From positions 1 through 55,658 of the forward strand of contig MGRL01000069.1 of NCBI GenBank assembly GCA_001798165.1: a stretch of 55,658 nucleotides of DNA, given 5' to 3'. The position numbers and the translations under genes are program-made. This DNA comes from Deltaproteobacteria bacterium RIFCSPHIGHO2_02_FULL_43_33. GTDB taxonomy: Bacteria; Desulfobacterota; GWC2-55-46; UBA9637. The notes beneath the pieces are model-generated. The model did no database searches. It saw only the letters and a program-made list of their open reading frames with translations, and was not told where the DNA came from. Positions 39,914-49,819 of the stretch are shown here, in pieces (position 1 is the first letter of the stretch; each line of letters starts with the position of its first letter).

Positions 39914-41935
39914 TTAAACCAAAAGCGGCGCAATAATCAATGCAACTATACTCATAAGTTTTATAAGTATATTCATTGCCGGGCCCGATGTGTCCTTAAA
40001 CGGGTCGCCGACTGTGTCGCCGACAACTGCTGCCTTGTGGGCATCCGAACCCTTTCCGCCGAGGTTGCCTTGTTCAATATATTTCTTTGCATTATCCCAT
40101 GCGCCGCCTGCATTTGCCATGAGTATGGCCAAAAGAACCCCTGCAACTGTTGCGCCTGCAAGCATTCCTCCGAGCGCGGCAGGGCCAAGTATAAACCCGA
40201 CACCAACAGGCGCCGCAACGGCAATAACGCCGGGAAGTATCATCTCGGTCAGCGCGGCCTTTGTGCTTATGTCAATGCACTTTGCGACATCAGGCTTGAC
40301 GCCTTCTTTGCCCTGAAGCAGTCCTGGAATTTCTCTGAATTGTCTTCGTATCTCATTTACCATCTTGAATGCCGCCTTGCCCACAGATGTCATGGTGAGC
40401 GCTCCGATAAAGAACGGAAGTATGCCGCCCATAAGAAGCCCTATAACGACATTAGGGTCTGTTATCAGTATCTCAAGCGCCTTGCCTGTCTTTGCGCTTA
40501 TTGCCTGGCTGTATGCGGAAAAAAGCGCAAGCGCGGTAAGCGCGGCAGAGCCGATGGCAAAACCTTTGCCGATTGCGGCGGTTGTGTTGCCGAGCGCGTC
40601 AAGCGAGTCTGTTATAGCCCGGACATCCTTGCCCAGATGGCTCATCTCGGATATGCCGCCTGCATTGTCCGCGATAGGGCCGTATGCGTCAACGCTCATG
40701 ATTATGCCTACTGTTGCAAGCATGCCGACCGCAGATATGCCTATGCCGTATAACCCGCCGGTATAGTTTGCAATAAATATCGCTCCACAAATCGCAAGCA
40801 CAGGCAGGGCGCAGCTCTCAAGCCCGACTGCCATACCTGTTATAATGTTTGTTGCAGCGCCTGTCTGGCTTGACTCTGCAATCCTTTTAACAGGTCCTGC
40901 AGATGTATAATACTCTGTCAGAAGCCCTATGGCAATGCCGCCGACGCAGCCTGAAAACACTGCCCAGTAAACGCCGTTATTCACATCAAGATAATAAACC
41001 ACTGCATAGCCTAAAATAAGGAAAAGACCTGCTGCTATGAATGTGGCGTAACGAAGCGCAGCGGCAGGGTTGTATTTCTCCAATATCCTCATTGACAAGA
41101 TGCCTATTATGGATGCCGCAAGCCCTGCCATTACAAGAACAATAGGCAATGACATAAGCGCCGTTGCAGAACCTAATTCAGCAACCCTGCTCCCTGCTAT
41201 GGCAGTTGCTCCGATTGCAATGCTTGCAACAACAGAGCCTACATACGATTCAAATATATCCGCGCCCAGGCCAGCCACATCGCCGACATTATCGCCCACA
41301 TTGTCTGCAATAACGCCGGGATTTCTCGGGTCGTCTTCAGGTATGCCTGCCTCAATCTTGCCGACAAGGTCAGAACCCACATCCGCGGTCTTTGTAAATA
41401 TGCCTCCGCCGACCCTTGCAAAGAGCGCTATGGATGATGCGCCCATTGCATAGCCGTTTATTATTGCCGCCTGTTCCGGCGTGCCGTAAAGGAGAAAAAA
41501 TATGCCAAGGCCTACAAGCCCGATGCTTGCAACCGAAAGCCCCATAACAGAGCCGCCGAGAAATGCAATGGAGAGTGATTTTGCCGTATCAGGCTTGTAA
41601 AGATTTGCTGCCTGCGCTGTCCGGACATTTGCCTTGGTGGCTGCCTTCATGCCGAAAAATCCTGCCAGCATGGAGGATATGCCGCCTCCCACATACGCAA
41701 TGCCTGTCTGCCAATTTATAAATACCGACAGAAGAATAAAGACAAGGGCTATAAATGCAAAAATGATTGTGTATTGCCTCTTGAGATAGACCATAGCGCC
41801 GTGGTGGATCATCTCGGCTATCTCTCTCATCCTTTCATTGCCGTCCGGCTGTTTCCTGATATAGCCGTATATAAGAAAGGCCATCACAAGACCTGCCAGT
41901 CCGAATATCGGCGCAAAACTTACGAGTTGCTGCAT
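39914..41935 (-). CDS. hppA: Membrane pyrophosphatase, K+-dependent, probably Na+-translocating
   Basis: [30 protein letters not shown] (Ala = K+-dependent class), [19 protein letters not shown]; AAGGAGG RBS. Confidence 0.93.
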   Translation of the reverse strand: MQQLVSFAPIFGLAGLVMAFLIYGYIRKQPDGNERMREIAEMIHHGAMVYLKRQYTIIFAFIALVFILLSVFINWQTGIAYVGGGISSMLAGFFGMKAATKANVRTAQAANLYKPDTAKSLSIAFLGGSVMGLSVASIGLVGLGIFFLLYGTPEQAAIINGYAMGASSIALFARVGGGIFTKTADVGSDLVGKIEAGIPEDDPRNPGVIADNVGDNVGDVAGLGADIFESYVGSVVASIAIGATAIAGSRVAELGSATALMSLPIVLVMAGLAASIIGILSMRILEKYNPAAALRYATFIAAGLFLILGYAVVYYLDVNNGVYWAVFSGCVGGIAIGLLTEYYTSAGPVKRIAESSQTGAATNIITGMAVGLESCALPVLAICGAIFIANYTGGLYGIGISAVGMLATVGIIMSVDAYGPIADNAGGISEMSHLGKDVRAITDSLDALGNTTAAIGKGFAIGSAALTALALFSAYSQAISAKTGKALEILITDPNVVIGLLMGGILPFFIGALTMTSVGKAAFKMVNEIRRQFREIPGLLQGKEGVKPDVAKCIDISTKAALTEMILPGVIAVAAPVGVGFILGPAALGGMLAGATVAGVLLAILMANAGGAWDNAKKYIEQGNLGGKGSDAHKAAVVGDTVGDPFKDTSGPAMNILIKLMSIVALIIAPLLV

Positions 41936-41949
41936 GAATCCTCCTTGAT

Positions 41950-42105
41950 AATACCGTTGTCCGTGTCCGTGAACCGTGTCCGTTTTATAAGACCGTTTCC
42001 CGTGCTCGTTGTCCGTGTCCGTTTTAAGACTTTTTTTACGGTCACGGTTTACGGTCACGAATCACGGTTTTTCTACGGTCACGGAAAACGGTCACGAATC
42101 ACGGC
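41950..42105. repeat. Head-to-head CCGTG-type 6-7 bp array
   Basis: CCGTTGT CCGTGT CCGTGAA CCGTGT...ACGGTC ACGGTTT ACGGTC ACGAATC ACGG. Confidence 0.82.
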
Positions 42106-42689
42106 TTTTTATTAAACTTATTCATCGCCTTTTCAATGCCATTTTTCACAATAACTTCCACAGCCTCTTTTACCGTCTTCAATGTCTGCCGCAACAAATC
42201 TTTCTCATCGGCCTGAAACGGGCTCAACACATAATCCGCAACATCTTCTTGACCCTTGACCCTTGACCCTTGACCCTGTTTTCCAGGTCTTCCTATCCCC
42301 AATCTTATCCTCGGAAAATCATTCGTGCCAAGCTGTTCAATAATTGATTCCATGCCTCTGTGGCCGCCGCTGCTGCCGCTTAACCTTATTCTTAGAGAGC
42401 CAAATTCAAGGTCAATATCATCATAGATAACCAGAATATCTTTCGGCTCTATATGGAAATAATCGGAAATGCCTTGAACAGCCTCGCCGCTTAGGTTCAT
42501 AAATGTCTGCGGCTTTAACAAAACTACTTCTTTACCGGCAATGTGCCCCTTTGCCCAAACGCTTTGAAAACCTCTCTTGTTCAGCTTTACGACATTGGCC
42601 TCTGCCAAAGAGTCAACTGCCATAAAGCCTATATTATGCCGCGTGTCTTTGTATTTTGTCCCGGGATTGCCGAGTCCGACGATTAACAT
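42099..42689 (-). CDS. pth: Peptidyl-tRNA hydrolase
   Basis: IVGLGNPG..Y..TRHNIGF, KPQTFMNLSG, GGHRG, RIRLGIGRP. Confidence 0.96.
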   Translation of the reverse strand: MLIVGLGNPGTKYKDTRHNIGFMAVDSLAEANVVKLNKRGFQSVWAKGHIAGKEVVLLKPQTFMNLSGEAVQGISDYFHIEPKDILVIYDDIDLEFGSLRIRLSGSSGGHRGMESIIEQLGTNDFPRIRLGIGRPGKQGQGSRVKGQEDVADYVLSPFQADEKDLLRQTLKTVKEAVEVIVKNGIEKAMNKFNKKP

Positions 42690-42691
42690 TT

Positions 42692-42771
42692 AAATACCGT
42701 GTTCCGTGTCCGTGAATCGTGTCCGTGTAAAAAGTCTTTAACGGTCACGGGCAACGGACACGATTCACGGC
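42692..42771. repeat. Head-to-head CCGTG-type array
   Basis: AAATAC-CGTGTT CCGTGT CCGTGAA TCGTGT CCGTG...ACGGTC ACGGGCA ACGGAC ACGATTC ACGG. Confidence 0.8.
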
Positions 42772-42773
42772 TA

Positions 42774-43478
42774 TTATTTCTTCTTCTCTTCTTTTTCAGT
42801 TGGCGCTGCCTTTTTCTCTTCCTTTTCACCGGGCTTCTTCTCTTCTTCTTTTACCTCAAAGCTCTTGGCTATCTCTGCCTTTGCCTCTTCAGCGGTCTTT
42901 ACCTCAACCTCAGCTGTTGGGGCTGTGACGAGGGCAACAGTTATATTCGGATCGCCTACTACCTTTAAACCTTGCGGCAAAGTAATATCCTTGACATGTA
43001 GAGAATGCCCTATGGCAAGAGGAGTAACATCAACATCAATCTTATCCGGTATCTGATTTGGCAGGCACTCTACTTTTAATGTCCTTGCCTCGTGCTGCAA
43101 TATGCCGCCGAGCGCAACGCCTTGAGCCTTGCCGGTAAAATGAACGGGCACGTCCACGATTATTTTGTGGTCCATCATCAGCTCATAGAGGTCAATATGA
43201 ATGATATCTCTTTTCAACGGGTCCCTTTGGAAGCCTCTGAACATCACTGTCCGGGCCTTCTTTTTGTCGCCTTCTATCTTTAAAGTGACCAGGACATTGC
43301 TCTTTGCCTCTGTAGCAAGGGCTTTACTCAAATCTACTGTCTTAACAACCAAAGGTGTTGTCTCTTTAGATGCTGGACCGTAAAGAATGCAGGGTATAAG
43401 TCCTTCTCTTCTTAATTTTTTGGCTGCCCCTTTTCCAAGACCCGTCCTCTGTTGGGCTGTTAATTCTATCTGTTCCAT
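42774..43478 (-). CDS. rplY: 50S ribosomal protein L25 / general stress protein Ctc
   Basis: GKGAAKKLRREGLIPCILYG, QRDP..HID, Ctc-type C-domain; prs-rplY-pth synteny. Confidence 0.95.
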   Translation of the reverse strand: MEQIELTAQQRTGLGKGAAKKLRREGLIPCILYGPASKETTPLVVKTVDLSKALATEAKSNVLVTLKIEGDKKKARTVMFRGFQRDPLKRDIIHIDLYELMMDHKIIVDVPVHFTGKAQGVALGGILQHEARTLKVECLPNQIPDKIDVDVTPLAIGHSLHVKDITLPQGLKVVGDPNITVALVTAPTAEVEVKTAEEAKAEIAKSFEVKEEEKKPGEKEEKKAAPTEKEEKKK

Positions 43479-43491
43479 GTTACCTCCATTA

Positions 43492-43545
43492 AAATACAGG
43501 CTATGGGCTATAGGCTATGGGGTTTACCCATTGCCTCTTGCCTGT
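43492..43545. repeat. Head-to-head GGCWATR heptamer array
   Basis: AAATACA GGCTATG GGCTATA GGCTATG GGG...CCCATTG CCTCTTG CCTGT. Confidence 0.8.
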
Positions 43546-43550
43546 TATAA

Positions 43551-44492
43551 TTATACAAACAGCGAGCTCACCGACTCACCGTAGTGTATCCTCCGTATTG
43601 CCTCGCCTAATAGAGGCGCTATTGTAAGGGATTTTACCTTATTTAATTTCTTTGCCTCATCATTCAAAGGAATAGTATTTGTTACAATAATTTCTTTGAT
43701 AGCCGATTTTCTCAGCCTGTCTATGGCAGGCCCTGAGAGCACGGGATGTGTGCAGCATGCATAAATCTCCTTTGCGCCCTGTTTTAGAAGTGCGTCAGCC
43801 GCTTGTGTAATCGTCCCTGCAGTATCTATCATATCATCAAGAAGTATGCAGATTTTTCCATTCACATCGCCTATGATATTCATAATCTCGGCTACATTGG
43901 GCGCCGGCCGCCTTTTGTCTATCATGGCAAAATTTGTCTCAAGCCTTTTTGCAAACGCCCTTGCCCTCTCAACCCCGCCGGCATCAGGCGATACTATCAC
44001 AGTATTATCTTTATAATTTTTTTGTATGTAATCCAATAGTATCGGCGTAGCATACAAATTATCAACCGGAATATTGAAAAACCCCTGTATCTGGCCTGCA
44101 TGGAGGTCTGTGCACAAAACCCTTGTAGCGCCGGCAACAGCAATCAGGTCTGCTATTAATTTTGCAGTTATAGGCGTCCTCGGGGCAACTTTTCTATCCT
44201 GTCTTGCATAACCATAATATGGAATAACCGCTGTTATAGCATGGGCAGATGCCCTTTTGAGCGCATCAAGCATAACCAGCAGTTCCATAAGATTTCTATT
44301 AACTGGGTTGCAGGTTGATTGAATTACATAAACCTCCATGCCCCGGACGCTCTCTTGAATCTCTACACGCACCTCTCCGTCGCTAAAACTTTTTACATCA
44401 GCCTTGCCCAGAGATATGCCAAGGTGCGCGCTTATCTCCATAGCAAGCGCAAGATTAGAATTTCCCGCAAATATTTTAAGTTTATCAAGCAT
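43551..44492 (-). CDS. prs: Ribose-phosphate pyrophosphokinase
   Basis: [42 protein letters not shown]. Confidence 0.97.
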   Translation of the reverse strand: MLDKLKIFAGNSNLALAMEISAHLGISLGKADVKSFSDGEVRVEIQESVRGMEVYVIQSTCNPVNRNLMELLVMLDALKRASAHAITAVIPYYGYARQDRKVAPRTPITAKLIADLIAVAGATRVLCTDLHAGQIQGFFNIPVDNLYATPILLDYIQKNYKDNTVIVSPDAGGVERARAFAKRLETNFAMIDKRRPAPNVAEIMNIIGDVNGKICILLDDMIDTAGTITQAADALLKQGAKEIYACCTHPVLSGPAIDRLRKSAIKEIIVTNTIPLNDEAKKLNKVKSLTIAPLLGEAIRRIHYGESVSSLFV

Positions 44493-44496
44493 AAGT

Positions 44497-44576
44497 AAAA
44501 CCGTAAGTCGTAAGTCGTGAATCGTAAGTTGCAAAGATTTTCATTAACTACTTACGACTCACCATTTACGGTCTTT
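44497..44576. repeat. Head-to-head CGTAAGT heptamer array
   Basis: CGTAAGT CGTAAGT CGTGAAT CGTAAGT...ACTTACG ACTCACC ATTTACG-GTCTTT. Confidence 0.8.
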
Positions 44577-44577
44577 C

Positions 44578-44652
44578 TGGCTGGGGCGGGAGGATTCGAA
44601 CCTCCGAATGCAGGAATCAAAATCCTGTGTCTTACCGCTTGACGACGCCCCA
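44578..44652 (-). tRNA. tRNA-Gln (UUG)
   Basis: TGGGGCGTCGTCAAGCGGTAAGACACAGGATT-TTG-ATTCCTGCATTCGGAGGTTCGAATCCTCCCGCCCCAGCCA; usual ispE-tRNAGln-prs position. Confidence 0.97.
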
Positions 44653-44656
44653 AAAA

Positions 44657-44750
44657 ACCGTGATTCGTGACCGGGATCCGTGACCGTAAGAACAAAAAAT
44701 CCAGAAATATTTTTCACGGTCACGGACAACGGACACGGTTGACGGTATTT
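44657..44750. repeat. Head-to-head CCGTG-type array
   Basis: CCGTGAT TCGTGA CCGGGAT CCGTGA CCGT...ACGGTC ACGGACA ACGGAC ACGGTTG ACG-GTATTT. Confidence 0.8.
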
Positions 44751-45624
44751 ACAGTCCTTGTGCCGCAAAAACAGCCATCCCTTTAAACGTGTGGTCTTTT
44801 TTTATCTGTTCAAATGCCTTTCTTGCCCTATCTTCATCAAAGAAGATACCAAATACCGTTGGCCCGCTTCCTGACATTAATGCCCCTGTTGCCCCAAAAT
44901 TAAGTAATACTTTCTTTATCTCTTTAATCTCAGGATATTTTCTGACCGTTACTGTTTCAAGGTCATTTACAAGAAGACCCTGAATCTCAATAGGGTCTTT
45001 GGGAAAAACTTTTGAAATAGCTATGTTAATATCCCCTCGGCTTTTTGTCAAGTTTAAATTTTGATATACCCACTGGGTAGAGACAGGAAAGTTAGGATTA
45101 ACCAACACATACCAGAATCTTGGAAGTTCTACCGGCTCAAGAACCTCACCTCTTCCCTTTGCAATGCAGGATTTGTCTATAATAAAGAATGGAATATCTG
45201 AGCCGAGGCTGACGCCAATTTTAATTAAATCCTCTTTTGAAATGTTGGCCGATGTTATCTCATTAAGCGCCTTTAAAACTGTTGCTGCATTGCTGCTTCC
45301 GCCGCCAAGCCCGGCGGCAACAGGGATATTTTTTTTTATTCTTATAGTCAGCCTTTTATTTATGCCGGCAGCTTTAAAAAATGCCGTCGCTGCCTTATAT
45401 GCAAGATTTGTTTTATCTATGGGTATTGAGCTGTTATCGCATTCAACAGAAATGCCCGTCCCTTTCTCTATCTCTAAAATAATCTCATCATAGAGAGAAA
45501 TAGGCTGCATAAGAGATACGATATCGTGATAGCCGTCATCCCTCTTCCTTAAAACTCGTAAGAAAAGATTTACCTTTGCAGGGGATAAAAAGAGGTGGGA
45601 TTGTATATTTCTTTCACTGCTCAC
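44749..45624 (-). CDS. ispE: 4-diphosphocytidyl-2-C-methyl-D-erythritol kinase; start codon uncertain
   Basis: SPAKVNLFL, KNIPVAAGLGGGSSNAA, GSDIPFF, NDLE, MSGSGPTVFG. Confidence 0.94.
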   Translation of the reverse strand: MSSERNIQSHLFLSPAKVNLFLRVLRKRDDGYHDIVSLMQPISLYDEIILEIEKGTGISVECDNSSIPIDKTNLAYKAATAFFKAAGINKRLTIRIKKNIPVAAGLGGGSSNAATVLKALNEITSANISKEDLIKIGVSLGSDIPFFIIDKSCIAKGRGEVLEPVELPRFWYVLVNPNFPVSTQWVYQNLNLTKSRGDINIAISKVFPKDPIEIQGLLVNDLETVTVRKYPEIKEIKKVLLNFGATGALMSGSGPTVFGIFFDEDRARKAFEQIKKDHTFKGMAVFAAQGL

Positions 45625-45634
45625 TGCCTGCTGC

Positions 45635-47074
45635 TCATCTAAATACCGCCCTTTGGACAAAGTCAATAGCCCACGCAGGCAAAATACCTATAATAATGGT
45701 GCCAAAGGCAGCAATGGCAAGGGCAAGACGTGTGGCACTGGTCTGGGCCACATCAAATTCTCGCGCAGGCTCTTTCATATACATCAGCATAACAATGCGG
45801 ATATAGAAATACGCAGCTATGGCGCTCGCTATTACAGCGATAACAGCAAGGGATATAAACCCTTTATGAATCAGGGCCATGAAGATATAAAACTTGCCGA
45901 CAAAGCCGGCAGTTGGCGGTATGCCTGCAAGGGAAAAGAGAAAAATGAGCATGAGCAAGGCCATGCCTCTATGCACCTTGGCAAGCCCTGTGTAGTCCTC
46001 AATATTTTCGCCGGAGAACCCTCCCTTTCTCATTACGATGATTGCGCCGAATATACCCATATTCATAAAGGTATATATAAATAAATAAAGCATGACGCTG
46101 GCAATTCCATCAGCGCCGCCGGCCACAAAACCCAATAATGCATAACCTGCATGACCGATGCTTGAATATGCCAGCATCCTTTTTATATTCGTCTGAACTA
46201 AGGCCACAACACTGCCGAAAATCATGGTCACAACTGAAATAACCGCCACAATGGCTATCCAGTTGAATGATATTGGCGCCAATGCATGCAGCATAACCCG
46301 TAAAAACACGGCAAATGCCGCTGCCTTTGGACCAACAGACATGAATGCTGTTATAGATGTCGGCGCCCCCTCGTATGTGTCTGGCGCCCACATGTGAAAC
46401 GGAACGGCAGCTACCTTAAACCCAAAACCTGCTATTAAAAAGATGGTTGCAAGAATAAGCGCTGAATCAACCTTCGCGCCGCCCTTTAGGGATGCAGCAA
46501 TATAAGACAACTGAGTCGTTCCTGTAAGGCCATAGATAAGAGATATTCCGTAAAGAAGTATGCCTGATGAAAGGGCGCCGAGGACTATGTATTTCATGGC
46601 CGCCTCATTAGACCGAATATCCTTTCTCATAAAGCCTGTGAGCAGATATACAGGAAGCGCCATAAGCTCAAGCCCCAAATATATGGTAATAAGGTCTGCG
46701 CCAGACGCCATAATCATCATGCCGCTCAAGGCAAAGAGCATTAAAATATAATACTCGCTATGCTCTATATCCTCAATTTTTATATAATTCATAGAAAGAA
46801 GTATGGCTAAAAATGTTGATAGATAAAATATTGTCTTAAAAAATGTAGCAAAGCTGTCTACAACAAACAGCCTGTCAAAGATATAGAGCGGCCTGACTCC
46901 TTCAATCCGCCAGGTCTGTATCGCTGCTATGATTACAACTGCTATGGCCAGATATGCCATAAGGTGCTTTTGCCTTTTTGACAAAAAAAGGTCAACCATC
47001 AGGAGAAGACATGCGGCTGCAATTACGATTATCTCCGGCATGCTGGCTATGATATTTATAATATTAAATTGCAT
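45635..47074 (-). CDS. nuoN: NADH-quinone oxidoreductase subunit N
   Basis: SNEAAMKY, FKVAAVPFHMWAPDTYEGAP, KRMLAYSSIGHAG, SLAGIPP. Confidence 0.95.
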   Translation of the reverse strand: MQFNIINIIASMPEIIVIAAACLLLMVDLFLSKRQKHLMAYLAIAVVIIAAIQTWRIEGVRPLYIFDRLFVVDSFATFFKTIFYLSTFLAILLSMNYIKIEDIEHSEYYILMLFALSGMMIMASGADLITIYLGLELMALPVYLLTGFMRKDIRSNEAAMKYIVLGALSSGILLYGISLIYGLTGTTQLSYIAASLKGGAKVDSALILATIFLIAGFGFKVAAVPFHMWAPDTYEGAPTSITAFMSVGPKAAAFAVFLRVMLHALAPISFNWIAIVAVISVVTMIFGSVVALVQTNIKRMLAYSSIGHAGYALLGFVAGGADGIASVMLYLFIYTFMNMGIFGAIIVMRKGGFSGENIEDYTGLAKVHRGMALLMLIFLFSLAGIPPTAGFVGKFYIFMALIHKGFISLAVIAVIASAIAAYFYIRIVMLMYMKEPAREFDVAQTSATRLALAIAAFGTIIIGILPAWAIDFVQRAVFR

Positions 47075-47141
47075 AATCCCTCATCTTTTTTAGTCACCTT
47101 AATCCTCTCCTCAAAAGGGGGAGGTAGGATGCCGGGGACGC

Positions 47142-48629
47142 TTATTGCGGCGGTGTAACTGTAATTTGTTTTAACAAATGTTCTGTTGAGGCATGCATCA
47201 CATTCAGAAACGGCTTTGGATAAAGGCCTATCCAGACAACAAAGACAACTAACGCAACCATTGCTATTATCTCCCTCGCATCAAGGTCCCAGACCTCCTT
47301 AAGATGTTCATTGGTAATCTCACCGAGGGCGACCCTTTTATACATGCCGAGGAGATATGCGGCGCCCAATCCGGCGCCCAGAACAGCAACCCCTGCAATT
47401 ACCTTGTTGTAGCCAAATGCCCCTACAATGATAAGCAGTTCGCCTATGAACGAGTTGGTTCCCGGAATCGCCAGAGAAGAGAGCATAAATATGGCAAAAA
47501 ATGTAGTATATACAGGCGCTACCTTGGCAAGCCCGCCATATGCAGAAATCTTTCTGGTGTGTGTCCTTTCATAGATAACGCCAACACACAGGAATAATGC
47601 GCTTGTAGAGATGCCGTGGTTCAGCATCTGCAGAATGCCGCCTTCTATTCCCGTGGTATTATAAACGAATAAGCCCAGGGTTACAAAACCCATGTGGCTG
47701 ACGCTGGAATACGCAACCAGTTTTTTCAGGTCTTCCTGAGCAAGGGCCAGATATCCTCCATAGATAATAGCCACAAGAGAAAGCAGTAGTATCGGCATGG
47801 TAAAGTAATGGGTTGCCTCTGGAAGCATTGGCATGGCAAATCTCAAGAAACCGTATGTCCCCATCTTTAAGAGTATCCCTGCCAGTATTATACTGCCGGC
47901 TGTCGGCGCCTCCACATGCGCATCAGGCAGCCATGTGTGGAACGGAAACATAGGCACCTTAATGGCAAATGCAACAAAGAATGCAAGAAATACCCAGAAC
48001 TGAACTGTGAATGAATAGTTCTGATTCATAAGGCTTAAGATGTCAAAGGTGTTGCCGCCTGCAAAATAAAGAACGATAATACCGACAAGGAGCAGCACGC
48101 TTCCTGCCAATGTATACAGGAAAAATTTAACTGCTGAATATATCCTTCTCTCACCGCCCCAAACACCGATAATAAGATACATGGGGATAAGCATCGCCTC
48201 CCAGAACAGATAAAACAGGAAAAAGTCCAGTGCGCAGAACACCCCTATCATGGCCGTCTGCATCACAAGGATGACAATCATGAACTCCTTCACCTTCTTT
48301 TCTATTGCCTTCCATGAAGCCAGTATGCATATCCAGCCTAAAAGGGCTGTAAGGAATACAAACAGGACGCTTATGCCGTCAATACCCATGTAATAGCTGA
48401 TATTCCATGAAGGTATCCATGAATATCTCTCCACAAACTGCATCTTGTGGGTGGCTGTATTAAAGTAACAGACCAGCGGAAGGGAGACAATAAAATCAAC
48501 CACCGTGAATAAAAGCGCTGTCCATCGGATGTTTACCTCATTCTTCATGAAGAGAATAACAAACGCCCCGACCAGCGGCAGAAAGGTTACAAGGGTTAGT
48601 ATCGGATAATTGTTAAGAAACTCTGTCAA
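47142..48629 (-). CDS. nuoM: NADH-quinone oxidoreductase subunit M
   Basis: GIDGIS, FWEAMLIP, KVPMFPFHTWLPDAHVEAP, LLKMGTYG; TTG start with AGGAGG. Confidence 0.95.
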   Translation of the reverse strand: MTEFLNNYPILTLVTFLPLVGAFVILFMKNEVNIRWTALLFTVVDFIVSLPLVCYFNTATHKMQFVERYSWIPSWNISYYMGIDGISVLFVFLTALLGWICILASWKAIEKKVKEFMIVILVMQTAMIGVFCALDFFLFYLFWEAMLIPMYLIIGVWGGERRIYSAVKFFLYTLAGSVLLLVGIIVLYFAGGNTFDILSLMNQNYSFTVQFWVFLAFFVAFAIKVPMFPFHTWLPDAHVEAPTAGSIILAGILLKMGTYGFLRFAMPMLPEATHYFTMPILLLSLVAIIYGGYLALAQEDLKKLVAYSSVSHMGFVTLGLFVYNTTGIEGGILQMLNHGISTSALFLCVGVIYERTHTRKISAYGGLAKVAPVYTTFFAIFMLSSLAIPGTNSFIGELLIIVGAFGYNKVIAGVAVLGAGLGAAYLLGMYKRVALGEITNEHLKEVWDLDAREIIAMVALVVFVVWIGLYPKPFLNVMHASTEHLLKQITVTPPQ

Positions 48630-48766
48630 ACTTCCTCCTTTTTAATGCAAACTGTAAACTGTTTACAGTGCAGCTATTTATTAGACGTTGTCATCTTGGC
48701 TTTGTTGCCTATTGAGTCAAAGCCAAAAAGGGCGGTTCATTTAATCCCTCTTTTTGTGTCCCTTCA

Positions 48767-49119
48767 TCAAATAATTCTGCTTCTTATCTTTTTTGGAGTG
48801 ATAACAACAAATTTGCCGTATAGAGAAACACCTTGCTCATTGAGAACCTTTATTAAAGAATCTGAAATATTCTTTAGCTCTAACGGTCTGTATCTCAAGA
48901 AAATTACACTTACATTTCTTTATGCGTAAAAACCCACTCTCCAAAATCACTATCCTCTGTCAATAGTAAGGCATCGTGCCGTTTTGCCAACTCTAAAACC
49001 TCTTTATCCTGAATCCCCTGATAATCCTTCAATACGGAGATAACTTCAAAACCCTTACTTATCAAGTCTCTGACCATTCTTAAGTCAACGCTCTCGTCAG
49101 CAAGGATTTTAAGAGGCAA
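48767..49119 (-). pseudogene. DUF5615 PIN-like toxin, frameshifted
   Basis: ILADESV...LLTEDSDFGEWVF; frameshift near 48915; continuation VSVIFLR...FVVITPKKIRSRII* in another frame. Confidence 0.78.
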
Positions 49120-49342
49120 TCAATTCCTCCTGAGAAATTACATCCGCAGAGTAAGAAAGGGCTGCTAATATATCTTCCTTTGTCAGATGAGGATAAGCTT
49201 CAATTATATCTTCTACCGTCAGCCCCTCTGATAGTTTCTTCAGAATAAGCTCTACCGTTATCCTTGTGTCTTTAATGATAGGCTTGCCGAGCATTATATT
49301 AGGGTCTGCTATTATTCTACCTTTATATTATTGTGGATGCAT
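49109..49342 (-). pseudogene. DUF433 antitoxin with an early nonsense codon
   Basis: AAGGAGG RBS, then MHPQ*YKGRIIADPNIMLGKPIIKDTRITV...YPHLTKEDILAAL in one frame. Confidence 0.75.
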
Positions 49343-49491
49343 CTTGCTACCTCCTTAATGTTATTTTATCACTTTCTATCATAGCTCAATAGGTAGAGGC
49401 AGAGGCTTTCACGGGGGCTAAACAAAAAAGCCCGAACAGGAAAATCAGAATGTCCTAATGTTTAAGGTTTTTGTCCCGAAAATCCATATTC

Positions 49492-49770
49492 AAATCTCCC
49501 CCCTGCTTAATACATGCAGGGGCAGGCTCTAACCCCTCTTTAATAGAGCGGGGGAAGTCATTTATCTCCCCCTTTGTAAAAGGGGGATTAAGGGAGATTT
49601 TTATTCCCCTTTGTGAGTCCGCCTAAGGCGGACTCGTGTGGGTTTCACCTGAAAATACCTCCGAAAATACCCCGTAGCGCTGGGGTTTATCCTCGGCGAT
49701 TCGTTGCCCATAAAGGGCAACGCTACGATTTTCATCCTTCTTTATGAACGAAGGTCATGTGAGTTTCATA
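49492..49770. repeat. Cluster of nested REP-like palindromes
   Basis: AAATCTCCC...GGGAGATTT outer IR; CCCCTGC..GCAGGGG, CCCCCTTT..AAAGGGGG and GAGTCCGCC-TAA-GGCGGACTC hairpins; family D doublet at 49673-49727. Confidence 0.7.
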
Positions 49771-49819
49771 TATGGTTCGCCGCACTCAGAACAGATTTCT
49801 GCACGGACACAACATTCTG

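Noticed and set aside
39905-41453. Long plus-strand ORFs (282, 133, 127 aa) opposite hppA
   Set aside because: Antisense shadows of a conserved gene, with no recognisable motifs.
41936-42058. N-terminal extension of hppA in the ORF track (likewise prs, cheW, the cytochrome and the 19306 ORF)
   Set aside because: The extensions are translated repeat, leader or overlapping sequence; downstream starts with an RBS, coupling or family-typical N-termini fit better.
41950-44750. Repeated CCGTG units as a CRISPR array
   Set aside because: Units are 6-7 bp with no unique spacers, and no cas genes are present.
47094-47130. CACCTTAATCCTCTCCTC...GGGGGAGG hairpin between nuoM and nuoN
   Set aside because: Probably a degenerate REP remnant; no T-tract and too eroded to call.
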